From NCBI GenBank assembly GCA_039821685.1, contig JBCBNT010000003.1:2603-66602 (forward strand): a stretch of 64,000 nt of DNA, given 5' to 3'. The first letter of the stretch is position 1, and every line of letters begins with the position of its first letter. The DNA comes from Planctomycetota bacterium (GTDB lineage: Bacteria; Planctomycetota; Phycisphaerae; Phycisphaerales; UBA1924). Positions 16,628 through 24,938 of this stretch are shown here, piece after piece. Below the pieces are notes generated by a model, which worked only from the letters and a program-made list of their open reading frames with translations, was not told the origin of the DNA and ran no database searches. Both the position numbers and the translations under genes were made by a program.

Positions 16628-18102
16628 CGCCCCTCCGATCGCCGAAGGGTCCCGAGATCGATCACAGCGCCGCTCGGAAAGAAGGCGTCGGCGTTCATCT
16701 CGTCCTCTGAAACCGTTGTGAACACGATGCACGTCCGCCCGTAGAGCGAGGCATAGTTCAGATCCCCGTCGCTCGGCCCGGCGTACTGGCTGTTCCGCAC
16801 CCGCTGCGCGTGCAGGTGGTAGTGCGCGAGCGACGTCGCGGATTCATCGATGAGCTCACGAGACGCGACAAACGACGTGTCGCCCTCCCGGATGCTCGCC
16901 CGGGGCGGGTACGACACGGCCGTGAACATCCCCCGGCTCGTCCGGTTCTGCGCGAGCCGGAGCACGCCGCCGTACTCTGTCGTCGTATCAGCACGGTCTT
17001 CTTCTGCCTGGTCAAAGAGCGCGGCGATCACCCGCGGCTCGCGGATTGCTTCACTGACCACACGCAGCGTCACGGCATCTCCGAACGACAGGCGATCGCG
17101 CCACGATTCGAGGTTCTCGCTCGCCACCGCGCCCGCCCGCCGCCTGTGCAACGTCTCAGCATCGAGCTGATCCTCGAGCACATCGAGCAACGCGCCCTTG
17201 CTCATGCGTGTCCAGTCTCGTCGAAAGGTGGACGCCCAGCGAAGAGGCTCCATGTGCCGGAGGCGGAGGCCGCGCTGCTGCGGAGCGTCGAGCGTCCGGA
17301 CGATCACGTTCACGCTCTGCCACCAGTCGGCGTTTTCCCGCGAGGCGAGCTGCACGAGCCATTCGAGTTCCTGGCCCGTCAACGGGATCGTGCGGAGCTC
17401 GAGCAGTGCGCGGCGGAGGGCATCGAGGGTCGGGTCATCTTCCTGCTCCTGCGAGCGGGCGAGGCCCCCGAGCAGGTTGACCCGGATATCACCGCTCGCG
17501 TCGAGACGGGAAAGCAGGTTCCACGCGTCGCGGCGGAGGCGGCCGGAATCATCGAGGCCGCCGCTCTCGCGGAAGACCTGGAACACCGTCTCTTCAACGT
17601 CACGCTCCGGATGCAGCGCCTGCAAAGCGGCGTACTCGGGCCTCCGTGTGTCAGCGGTCGATGCGTCGGGCCGCGCGAACCGGCGGACGATCGCCGGCGT
17701 GAGCTCACGCCAGCCGTTCAACGCCGCCTGGCCGACAAGGTAGCGGGCGATGGACGCCTGCGGCTCCGTCGGCAGGATCTGTGCGACAAACGAGACCGCC
17801 TCGGAATCATCGAGCAGCGCGGTCTCGCCGAGGAGAACGATCATCGCGGCCTCGCGCTCCGTCGGCACCACCTCGCGGGCCCACGCGACCGCTTTGAGTC
17901 GCTCGATCGCCGACTCGCGTCCCAAGGTCCCGTCTTCGATCAGCGATGGAAACTGCGAGACAACGCTCACCCGCTCCCGGCTCGTGAGCGACGGGTTTAC
18001 GACGTCGTTGAGCGGATCAGCGGACACGAAGGTCCGCGTCCCGCCGCTGCACCCAACGAGCATGCCGGCGATTGCGACCAGCGGCACGACGCGACCTAGC
18101 AT
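16624..18102 (-). CDS. Lipoprotein of unknown function with a C-terminal JAMM/MPN-like motif
   Basis: Signal and lipobox: MLGRVVPLVAIAGMLVGCSGG (start taken at cat 18100-18102). The C-terminus reads TEYGGVLRL ... SYPP ... AHYHLHAQRVRNSQYAGPSDGD, which resembles E..GG.L / HxH / SxxD. Upstream GTG (18126) and ATG (18117) starts are also possible. Confidence 0.6.
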   Translation of the reverse strand: MLGRVVPLVAIAGMLVGCSGGTRTFVSADPLNDVVNPSLTSRERVSVVSQFPSLIEDGTLGRESAIERLKAVAWAREVVPTEREAAMIVLLGETALLDDSEAVSFVAQILPTEPQASIARYLVGQAALNGWRELTPAIVRRFARPDASTADTRRPEYAALQALHPERDVEETVFQVFRESGGLDDSGRLRRDAWNLLSRLDASGDIRVNLLGGLARSQEQEDDPTLDALRRALLELRTIPLTGQELEWLVQLASRENADWWQSVNVIVRTLDAPQQRGLRLRHMEPLRWASTFRRDWTRMSKGALLDVLEDQLDAETLHRRRAGAVASENLESWRDRLSFGDAVTLRVVSEAIREPRVIAALFDQAEEDRADTTTEYGGVLRLAQNRTSRGMFTAVSYPPRASIREGDTSFVASRELIDESATSLAHYHLHAQRVRNSQYAGPSDGDLNYASLYGRTCIVFTTVSEDEMNADAFFPSGAVIDLGTLRRSEGR

Positions 18103-18115
18103 TGTCTTGTACACC

Positions 18116-18358
18116 ATGGAAAGCACTCTACCACTTCACGACCGCGTCGTACGCATCCTGAACCTGATCCGGCCGGCGGTGCAATCCGACGGAGGCGATA
18201 TCGAGCTCGTGCAGGTGACGGACGACGGCGAAGTCCGCATCCGGTTGCACGGCGCGTGCGTCGGGTGCCCCTCGAGCAGCATGACGCTGCGGATCGGCAT
18301 CGAGCAGAACCTCCGGGAGCACGTCCCGGAGATCAGCTCTGTCGTAGCTGTCGACTGA
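18116..18358 (+). CDS. NifU-like Fe-S cluster scaffold/carrier domain protein (Nfu-type)
   Basis: The sequence is VVRILNLIRPAVQSDGGDIELVQVTDDGEVRIRLHGACVGCPSSSMTLRIGIEQNLRE, with the CxxC motif of NifU C-terminal domains. Confidence 0.85.
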   Translation: MESTLPLHDRVVRILNLIRPAVQSDGGDIELVQVTDDGEVRIRLHGACVGCPSSSMTLRIGIEQNLREHVPEISSVVAVD

Positions 18359-18483
18359 CGCCGGCCAGCGTGCCACAATTTCGACCCAAAGGTCTGGATG
18401 TACGCGAGCTGTCCGGGTCGCGTTGAACTGTCATTTGTGCTATCCTTCATCGACCGTACACGCGCACGCGTAAAGGACTGCCG

Positions 18484-18777
18484 ATGCTTGTCATAACGCG
18501 CCGGGAAGGCGAAGAAGTCGTGATCGGAGATCCGGCGTCACCGATCGGTGTCGTCAGGATCGCTTCGATCAAGGGCGACCGCGTTCGTGTCGCGTTCGAG
18601 TTTCCCAGAGAAGTCGCAGTCCATCGCCGTGAGGTCGCCCAGCAGATCGTCGACGACGTCAAGCCTGCCCGCGTCGAAACCACGCCCGGGCGCAGCGACG
18701 ATGCCGGCCGAGCAGCCCAAGCTCCGGGCCGAGATGCGCAGCCGAAGCCGAACGGCGTCACGACTCCGCGGGCCTGA
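18484..18777 (+). CDS. csrA: Carbon storage regulator CsrA (with an extended C-terminal tail)
   Basis: The sequence is MLVITRREGEEVVIGD...VRIASIKGDRVRVAFEFPREVAVHRREV. It is followed by a ~40-aa Pro/Ala/Arg-rich tail. The leader contains aaaGGActgccg just before the ATG. Confidence 0.9.
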   Translation: MLVITRREGEEVVIGDPASPIGVVRIASIKGDRVRVAFEFPREVAVHRREVAQQIVDDVKPARVETTPGRSDDAGRAAQAPGRDAQPKPNGVTTPRA

Positions 18778-18855
18778 CCCGCATGTCCAGGGGTAGCCGG
18801 GGAGAGATCCGACGCGAGTCAGCCTGCTGGGTAAGTCCACCTGACACGGCGAGGA

Positions 18856-19326
18856 TTACTCGGGCGAGCCGCCGGTCATGTCGTACACCCAGGTGTTGAT
18901 CGGCCGATCGAAGTCGAGCACCTCGCCGTCATTGAAGAAGATCCCGAGCTCACGCTCGGCGGCATCGGGGCTGTCGGAGCCGTGGATCAGATTGAAGCTG
19001 TTCGAGACGCCGAAGTCGCCGCGGATCGTCCCGGGCTCGGCGTTGCTGCCGAAGGTCGCGCCCATCATCTTGCGGCTGACCGCGATCGCGTTGTTGCCTT
19101 TAATCGCCAGGATGAGCACCGGGCTGCTCGTCATGAATCCCACAAGCCCGTCGTAGAACGGCTTGCCCTTGTGATCCTGGTAATGCGTCGCTGCCGTCTC
19201 GGGGGAGATCATGCTCAATTTCGCGCCCACGATCTGAAGGCCCTTGGACTCGAATCGGCTGATGATCTGGCCCATGAGCCCCCGCTGGACGGCGTCGGGC
19301 TTGAGAATGATGAGCGTGGTTTCCAT
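18856..19326 (-). CDS. ndk: Nucleoside diphosphate kinase
   Basis: The sequence is METTLIILKPDAVQRGLMGQIISRFESKGLQIVGAKL ... NLIHGSDS, which includes the active-site His. Confidence 0.95.
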   Translation of the reverse strand: METTLIILKPDAVQRGLMGQIISRFESKGLQIVGAKLSMISPETAATHYQDHKGKPFYDGLVGFMTSSPVLILAIKGNNAIAVSRKMMGATFGSNAEPGTIRGDFGVSNSFNLIHGSDSPDAAERELGIFFNDGEVLDFDRPINTWVYDMTGGSPE

Positions 19327-19463
19327 GATCGGGCTCCTGCTGGCGTGTGTCGGTTGAAGGCGATCCGTCGCGGATTGCCCGCAAATATAGGCCGATCGGC
19401 CGGCTGACCGATCACCCCGCTATCCTGAGGTTTGCACGCACCGAACCCACCACGGAGGGTGGC

Positions 19464-21434
19464 ATGGCCAGAAAGACGTCTTCACGCACCCGCGCCACGG
19501 CCGAGACCATGGCCGTCAAGCAGCGCGACATCTCCGTCAGCGAATTCTTCGCCAAGAACCGCCACCTGCTCGGTTTCGACAACCCCCGCAAGGCGCTGCT
19601 GACAACGATCAAGGAAGCCGTCGACAACGCGCTCGATGCGTGCGAAGAGGCCGGCATACTGCCCGACATCGAAGTCAGGATCGAGGAGATCACGCCGCCG
19701 CCCTCGCCGCAGAAGGCCGGGCGGTACCGCGTGACGGTCACGGACAATGGGCCGGGTATCGTCCGCCGGCAGGTCGAGAACATCTTCGGCAAGCTGCTCT
19801 ACGGGTCGAAGTTCCATCGGCTGAAAATGTCACGCGGCCAGCAGGGCATCGGCATCTCTGCGGCCGGCATGTACGGCCTGATGACCACCGGCAAGCCCAT
19901 GGTGATCCACACCCGGCCCAAGAAGAACAAGCCGGCGCACCACATCGAGCTGGCCATGGACACGACCAAGAACGTGCCCGAGGTGACGATCGACGTCGAG
20001 ACCGACGACTTCCCCGAGACCAGCAGCGGCACCGGCACGCGCGTCTCGCTCGTACTCGAAGCCAGGTATGCCCGCGGCAAGACCTCCGTCGAGGCGTATC
20101 TCGAGCAGACGGCGATCGCGAACCCGCACACGCAGATCACATTCATCCCGCCGGATAAGGCAGACGAGGACCCCAAACTCGAAGGCGACACCGGAACGAG
20201 CCCCTTGCGCGAGCAAGGGGACCCAGCCGACTCAGGCATTGTCCGAACCGAAGAACACGCCGACCGCATTGTCTATCCGCGCACCATTGGCGAGCTCCCC
20301 CCCGAAACCGAAGAGATCAAACCCCACCCCTACGGCGTCGAGCTCGGCAACTTCCTCCGCATGCTCAAGGCCACCGACGAGAAGCAGCTTGGCGGCTTCT
20401 TCAAGCGCGAGTTCTGCCGGGTCACGCCCGCGGTCGTGTCGGACATCACCAAGGCCGCGAGCGTGAAAGGCAAGACGTTCAGCGGCCAGAGCTGGATCAA
20501 AAACATCGACCACGCCGCAGCCGAGAAGATCTACGCCGCCCTGCAGGACGCCAGGCTCCGCAGCCCCCCCACCGACTGCCTCGCCCCCATCGGCGTCCGC
20601 CAGATGCTCGCGGGCATGCTCAAGGGCGTGCAGGCCGAGTTTTACACCGCGAGCACGCGGAGCCCGGCGGTCTATCGCGGCAACCCGTTCCAGATCGAGG
20701 CGGCGATCGCCTACGGCGGCGACCTGCCGGGCGATCAGCAGGCCCGCATCATCCGCTTCGCCAACCGCGTGCCGCTGCTCTATCAGCAGTCGGCGTGCTG
20801 CGCGTTCAAGAGCGTGGTCGAGACCGGCTGGAAGAACTACGGCCTCTCTCAGCCCCGCGGCGGTGCGCCCGTCGGCCCGCTCGTCGTCATGATCCACATG
20901 GCTAGCGTCTGGGTGCCCTTTACGAGCGAGAGCAAGGAGGCAATCGCCGACTACGACGAGATCCGCAAGGAGATGACGCTCGCGCTCAAGGAGTGCGGCC
21001 GAAAGCTCGGGGCGTACATCCGCCGCCGCCAACGCATGAAGCGCGAGGGAGAACGCCGGGACGTCTTCGAGCGCTACATCGGCGAGATCGCCAAGAGCTG
21101 CACCGCGCTCACGGGCGTCGACACGGCCGAGCTGTATGACAACCTCATGAAGCAGGCCAAACGCCGCACCGAGATCGCCGACGCCAAGCTCGACGAGGAA
21201 GGCAAGTTCATCAAGGACGACGACGGCAGGCTCGCCAAGGACGACGACGTGATCATCGTTCGCGATGGCCAGATCGCGAATCCGAAGGACGAGCCGGCTT
21301 CGGAAGCGGAGGCGAAGCCCGCGAAGCGGTCGACGCCGGCCTCGGGCAAGAAGACATCGAAGAAGAAAGTTGTCAAGAAGGTCAAGAAGAAGCGGTCGCC
21401 GGCGAAGGCCGGGCTGTTTGAGGGGGCGCAGTAA
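19464..21434 (+). CDS. top6B: DNA topoisomerase VI subunit B (type IIB, GHKL ATPase)
   Basis: Motifs: ISVSEFFAKNRHLLGFDNPRKALLTTIKEAVDNALDACEE (N-box), VTDNGPGI (G1) and SRGQQGIGISAAGMY (G2). A GGAGG sits 5 nt upstream of the ATG at 19464. The C-terminus is Lys-rich (KKTSKKKVVKKVKKKRSPAK). Confidence 0.92.
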   Translation: MARKTSSRTRATAETMAVKQRDISVSEFFAKNRHLLGFDNPRKALLTTIKEAVDNALDACEEAGILPDIEVRIEEITPPPSPQKAGRYRVTVTDNGPGIVRRQVENIFGKLLYGSKFHRLKMSRGQQGIGISAAGMYGLMTTGKPMVIHTRPKKNKPAHHIELAMDTTKNVPEVTIDVETDDFPETSSGTGTRVSLVLEARYARGKTSVEAYLEQTAIANPHTQITFIPPDKADEDPKLEGDTGTSPLREQGDPADSGIVRTEEHADRIVYPRTIGELPPETEEIKPHPYGVELGNFLRMLKATDEKQLGGFFKREFCRVTPAVVSDITKAASVKGKTFSGQSWIKNIDHAAAEKIYAALQDARLRSPPTDCLAPIGVRQMLAGMLKGVQAEFYTASTRSPAVYRGNPFQIEAAIAYGGDLPGDQQARIIRFANRVPLLYQQSACCAFKSVVETGWKNYGLSQPRGGAPVGPLVVMIHMASVWVPFTSESKEAIADYDEIRKEMTLALKECGRKLGAYIRRRQRMKREGERRDVFERYIGEIAKSCTALTGVDTAELYDNLMKQAKRRTEIADAKLDEEGKFIKDDDGRLAKDDDVIIVRDGQIANPKDEPASEAEAKPAKRSTPASGKKTSKKKVVKKVKKKRSPAKAGLFEGAQ

Positions 21435-22607
21435 ATGGCAAAGACGCGCACGACAAAGAAGACCCCCGGCCGCAAAAAAATCACCGCAAAGCAGCCCAAG
21501 TCCAAGTCCGTCGCCGAGCGCGACGAGCGGACAGCGACCCGCCTGACCACCCTCGCCGACGGCATCGTCAAATCCGCGATGTCCGGCCGCGAGCCCAAGG
21601 TCGAGGTCCCCACGCGGTCTGCGGGCAACACCAAGTGGAACAAGTCCCGCGGTATTCTGCAGATGGGGGCCGGCACGCAGGAACGCCAGCTCTTTAACCT
21701 GGGCCAGGCCCGCAAGTTCATGCAGACCCTGCTCCACGGCGAGGGCATCAAGGACCTCATCGCCCAGGGCAAGACCACCAGCCTCCGCGGCATGTTCTAC
21801 CAGGGACTGCACACCATCCAGGGCACCAAGGAGAAGACCTTCAACGAGCAGAGCGAGTCCGACAGCATCCTCGAAGATCTCGAGGTCACGATCGGGGCGC
21901 TCCGCGAAGAGCTGCACGTCTTCGCCAAGAAGCGCGGCACGCTTGTGGGCAACATCACCGTCATCGACTCGGGCGACACCATCGACTGCCGACGCATGGG
22001 CTCGGGCGGCTACGCGATCCCCAGCATCTGCGAGCCGGACGTGATCCAGTTCGAGAACGTCGAGGCCGACTTCGTCCTGCACGTCGAGAAGGACACCGTC
22101 TGGCAGCGGTTCAACGAGGACAAGTTCTGGAAGCAGCACAACTGCATCCTCACCGAGGGCTCGGGCCAGCCGACCCGCGGCGTGCGACGCATGCTCCACC
22201 GCCTCAACAAGGAGCACGGCCTGCCCATCATCTGCCTGCTCGACTGCGACCCCTGGGGGCACTACATCTACAGCGTCATCAAGCAGGGCTCGATCTCGCT
22301 CGCCTTCGAGTCCGAGCGGCTCGCCATCCCCGAGGCCAAGTTCATGGGCATCCGCTCGAGCGACTACCAGCGCTGCGACCTGTCCGACGACGTGAAGATC
22401 ACGCTCAACGACCGCGACATCACGCGGGCGAAGCAGATCGCCGAGTACCCCTGGTTCGCGGACAACAAGCCGTGGCAGAAAGAGATCAAGGGGATGCTGA
22501 ACAACGGCTTCAAGATGGAGGTCGAAGGCCTGATCACCAAGGACATCAGCTATGTGACGGAAACGTACGTCCCCGAGCGGCTGGCGGCGGAGGATTGGTT
22601 GGGATAA
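21435..22607 (+). CDS. top6A: DNA topoisomerase VI subunit A (Spo11-like)
   Basis: The ATG immediately follows the top6B TAA. Motifs: SLRGMFYQ (catalytic Tyr region), FVLHVEKDTVWQRF (Toprim Glu) and CLLDCDPWGHYI (DxD). The N-terminus is Lys-rich. Confidence 0.92.
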   Translation: MAKTRTTKKTPGRKKITAKQPKSKSVAERDERTATRLTTLADGIVKSAMSGREPKVEVPTRSAGNTKWNKSRGILQMGAGTQERQLFNLGQARKFMQTLLHGEGIKDLIAQGKTTSLRGMFYQGLHTIQGTKEKTFNEQSESDSILEDLEVTIGALREELHVFAKKRGTLVGNITVIDSGDTIDCRRMGSGGYAIPSICEPDVIQFENVEADFVLHVEKDTVWQRFNEDKFWKQHNCILTEGSGQPTRGVRRMLHRLNKEHGLPIICLLDCDPWGHYIYSVIKQGSISLAFESERLAIPEAKFMGIRSSDYQRCDLSDDVKITLNDRDITRAKQIAEYPWFADNKPWQKEIKGMLNNGFKMEVEGLITKDISYVTETYVPERLAAEDWLG

Positions 22608-22633
22608 AAGCGATCGTCACCGACTCGTAATCG

Positions 22634-24814
22634 TCAACGAGCAAGTGACTTTGACATCGATCGCCCCAATTGGCAGAGAACGTTATAAGGACTAATCGCG
22701 GCCCATCTGGCAAAGTCGGCGAGCAAAATCGTGCCGTGGTCGCTTGCCTTACCTAATATTGTTACTTCCATCCCCGCCACTACCTCGTCTAGCTTAGACG
22801 ACTCCGCGTCACCTTGCGCATCAAGTCGGAGCATGCAGTAATTCATACGAATCGTCGACACATACGGGACCATGACACCATTCACGACCGCACGTGATTC
22901 TGGATTGGACACTACGGATGCCGGCAGCCCATCTCCGTACCCAACATTGACCACCGCATACCGGCCGGGGGGGACAGACGGCTCAATAATCGGACCAACC
23001 GCCACGTATCCGACTGGTGTTTCTTCGCCAATCTCGACAACACGAAGGATCGTCCCGACCACGACAACGGGAAGCTCGGTCCCAGGCTTCCCACCGAATA
23101 ATGCGCCTCCGCTGCGAACGATTTCACGGTAAAGCCCCGCGCTGGCGAGCGAAACCCCCGACAGAGCGGCGGCGGAATTGCGGGCATGCACCACAAGATC
23201 GTCACGCTCGTTTTCCTCTGCCACATGTTCTTGGAGGTTGATCGCCCGCCGAACAAACCTGATCGCTTCGCAGAATTTCTCGTCTTGCATTCGAGAAAAG
23301 TCTGCGTCGCCCCCGTCGCGAAGTTGATTCGCGAAACCCGCAACCCGGACCTCTGGCCCGCAGCGAGCGATCGCTTCACAGAGATCCGTTAGAGGCGGGC
23401 AGGGAGCACCGTCAGATTCGGGCGCCTCCACCCCAATGAAACGCATACCAGTGTCAATCTTGAGATGAACGCGGCATGATCGGCCAAGCCCCTTAGCGCT
23501 CGTCGCAAGCTGCTGGATCTGAGTCGCGGACCAAACAAACGGTTCAAGCCCGAGCCGGATAACTTCAGACATTTCGTCATCACGAGCTCCTTCGACAAGA
23601 AGGATCCTGATATCCTCAGGGCCTCCGGTATTCGCTGCGGGCCCTGCTATCTGCATGTGGACGCGCTTGACCAGCTCGCCCTCGTCCATTGTACTCACAC
23701 CGAACCAGCGTACGCCTGCCCCATAAAGCGGCTGAAAGACGTTCTCAATCCCAAGTCCATATGCATCGGATTTGAGAATTGCTAGCATAGAGTTAATGCC
23801 ACAGTTTCCGCGCCCAGCGATCGCATGCGCATTTGCGACCAAGCGGTGCGGCTTGATCATCATGCCCTTTGCACCCACAAGGCCAGAACTGATTAATGGA
23901 CGGCTGAGCGGCTTTCTGAGCAAGGGATATTTGTGCGGATTCGCAATGATTTCTTCAAAAAACTTTTCGTAGGCAGAGGGGTGCTTGTCATCAAAGTGTT
24001 CGAAATACAAGACTTTGTTATCTTCGTCGTATGTAAACACCAATTTGTCATCACAGATCACAACGTCTAAATCAGCATTCCGCACCGAAGTGGGCAGGTC
24101 GATTTGCTTTGAGAGCTTCTCTAGCTCATGGACAGTTATCCACGCTGTTTGCATATCCACGCCGACGGCGTGTCCATATGCGCAGAGCGCTCCTTCGTCG
24201 TTCTGCGAATCGGTAATCTGCGTCTGGCCCGATGCGACCAGCACGCGGAGCTTGACGTCAAGTTTCTTGTCTCGGAAGTTTAGCAAAAACGGAAGATCTT
24301 CCCTGAACCAATCGAAGCCGCCCCTTCGGTGAACTGTCTTGTACGAGTGCGTACAATTCTGTAGCGCATTTGCTAGCAGTTGAAGATAGGTTTCTTTCGA
24401 TACATTACGTATCATGCGAGTTCCTCGCTCAGCCCGAAAGTAGAGCGTGCCCAGCACGCCTGTGAAGGGCGACTCATTGCGGAACTCAGACATTACATCA
24501 GAAGAGTAATAAGCTCCGTCGAGCTTTGCCTTAAGGTCTTCAAGTGTCTTTGTTAAGCCTGCTGCTTGTCGCATGCCTTTGATTGCCCGCACAGTGGCCT
24601 CGAATCCAACGTGCACCAAATAGTTAAGCGCAGTGGCTATGCCGAATGTGACTAGATCCTTCGTCGCCGGAATCGCTCCCTCTGCAAACTCGGTCACGAG
24701 TATGATAATTGCCAAGACAACCTGTCCCAACAAAAAAGTAGGCCGTCCAACGGGAGTCAAGGCGGGCTTTATCTCCTCTCGCCAATTCTTTGAGTCGCTC
24801 GCCGACAATGCCAT
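22634..24814 (-). CDS. Membrane-anchored fusion protein: unknown ~320-aa N-terminal module plus a C-terminal alanine-racemase-fold PLP domain
   Basis: It has two predicted TM helices (about residues 25-72). Racemase motifs: AILK(348)SDAYGLG, VHLKIDTGMRFIG, ETPVGY(603)VAVG, VNVGYGDGLP and STIRMNY. The composition is clearly lower in GC than the flanks. A GAGGG sits upstream of the ATG. Confidence 0.8.
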   Translation of the reverse strand: MALSASDSKNWREEIKPALTPVGRPTFLLGQVVLAIIILVTEFAEGAIPATKDLVTFGIATALNYLVHVGFEATVRAIKGMRQAAGLTKTLEDLKAKLDGAYYSSDVMSEFRNESPFTGVLGTLYFRAERGTRMIRNVSKETYLQLLANALQNCTHSYKTVHRRGGFDWFREDLPFLLNFRDKKLDVKLRVLVASGQTQITDSQNDEGALCAYGHAVGVDMQTAWITVHELEKLSKQIDLPTSVRNADLDVVICDDKLVFTYDEDNKVLYFEHFDDKHPSAYEKFFEEIIANPHKYPLLRKPLSRPLISSGLVGAKGMMIKPHRLVANAHAIAGRGNCGINSMLAILKSDAYGLGIENVFQPLYGAGVRWFGVSTMDEGELVKRVHMQIAGPAANTGGPEDIRILLVEGARDDEMSEVIRLGLEPFVWSATQIQQLATSAKGLGRSCRVHLKIDTGMRFIGVEAPESDGAPCPPLTDLCEAIARCGPEVRVAGFANQLRDGGDADFSRMQDEKFCEAIRFVRRAINLQEHVAEENERDDLVVHARNSAAALSGVSLASAGLYREIVRSGGALFGGKPGTELPVVVVGTILRVVEIGEETPVGYVAVGPIIEPSVPPGRYAVVNVGYGDGLPASVVSNPESRAVVNGVMVPYVSTIRMNYCMLRLDAQGDAESSKLDEVVAGMEVTILGKASDHGTILLADFARWAAISPYNVLCQLGRSMSKSLAR

Positions 24815-24938
24815 CTGTCACCCTCACGTGTTGCCTCAAGTTTAAGAATAACACCAAGCAAATGCGGAATATGTGGGCGTAATAATTCGGTGGAGCTGAA
24901 ACGGCCTCCTCTGCGCAGACGCAGCACGGGAGGAGCAT

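Noticed and set aside
18115-18118. CCATGG in which the ATG of the NifU-like gene (plus strand) and an ATG of the lipoprotein ORF (minus strand) overlap, suggesting overlapping divergent starts
   Set aside because: The lipoprotein most plausibly starts at the downstream Met (18102), which gives a canonical short n-region, h-region and lipobox. The overlap is then an artefact of taking the longest ORF.
20232-22262. 676-aa minus-strand ORF spanning top6B/top6A
   Set aside because: It is antisense to two genes with unambiguous Topo VI motifs. The composition (A/L/V/G/R/D runs) indicates a GC-driven open frame.
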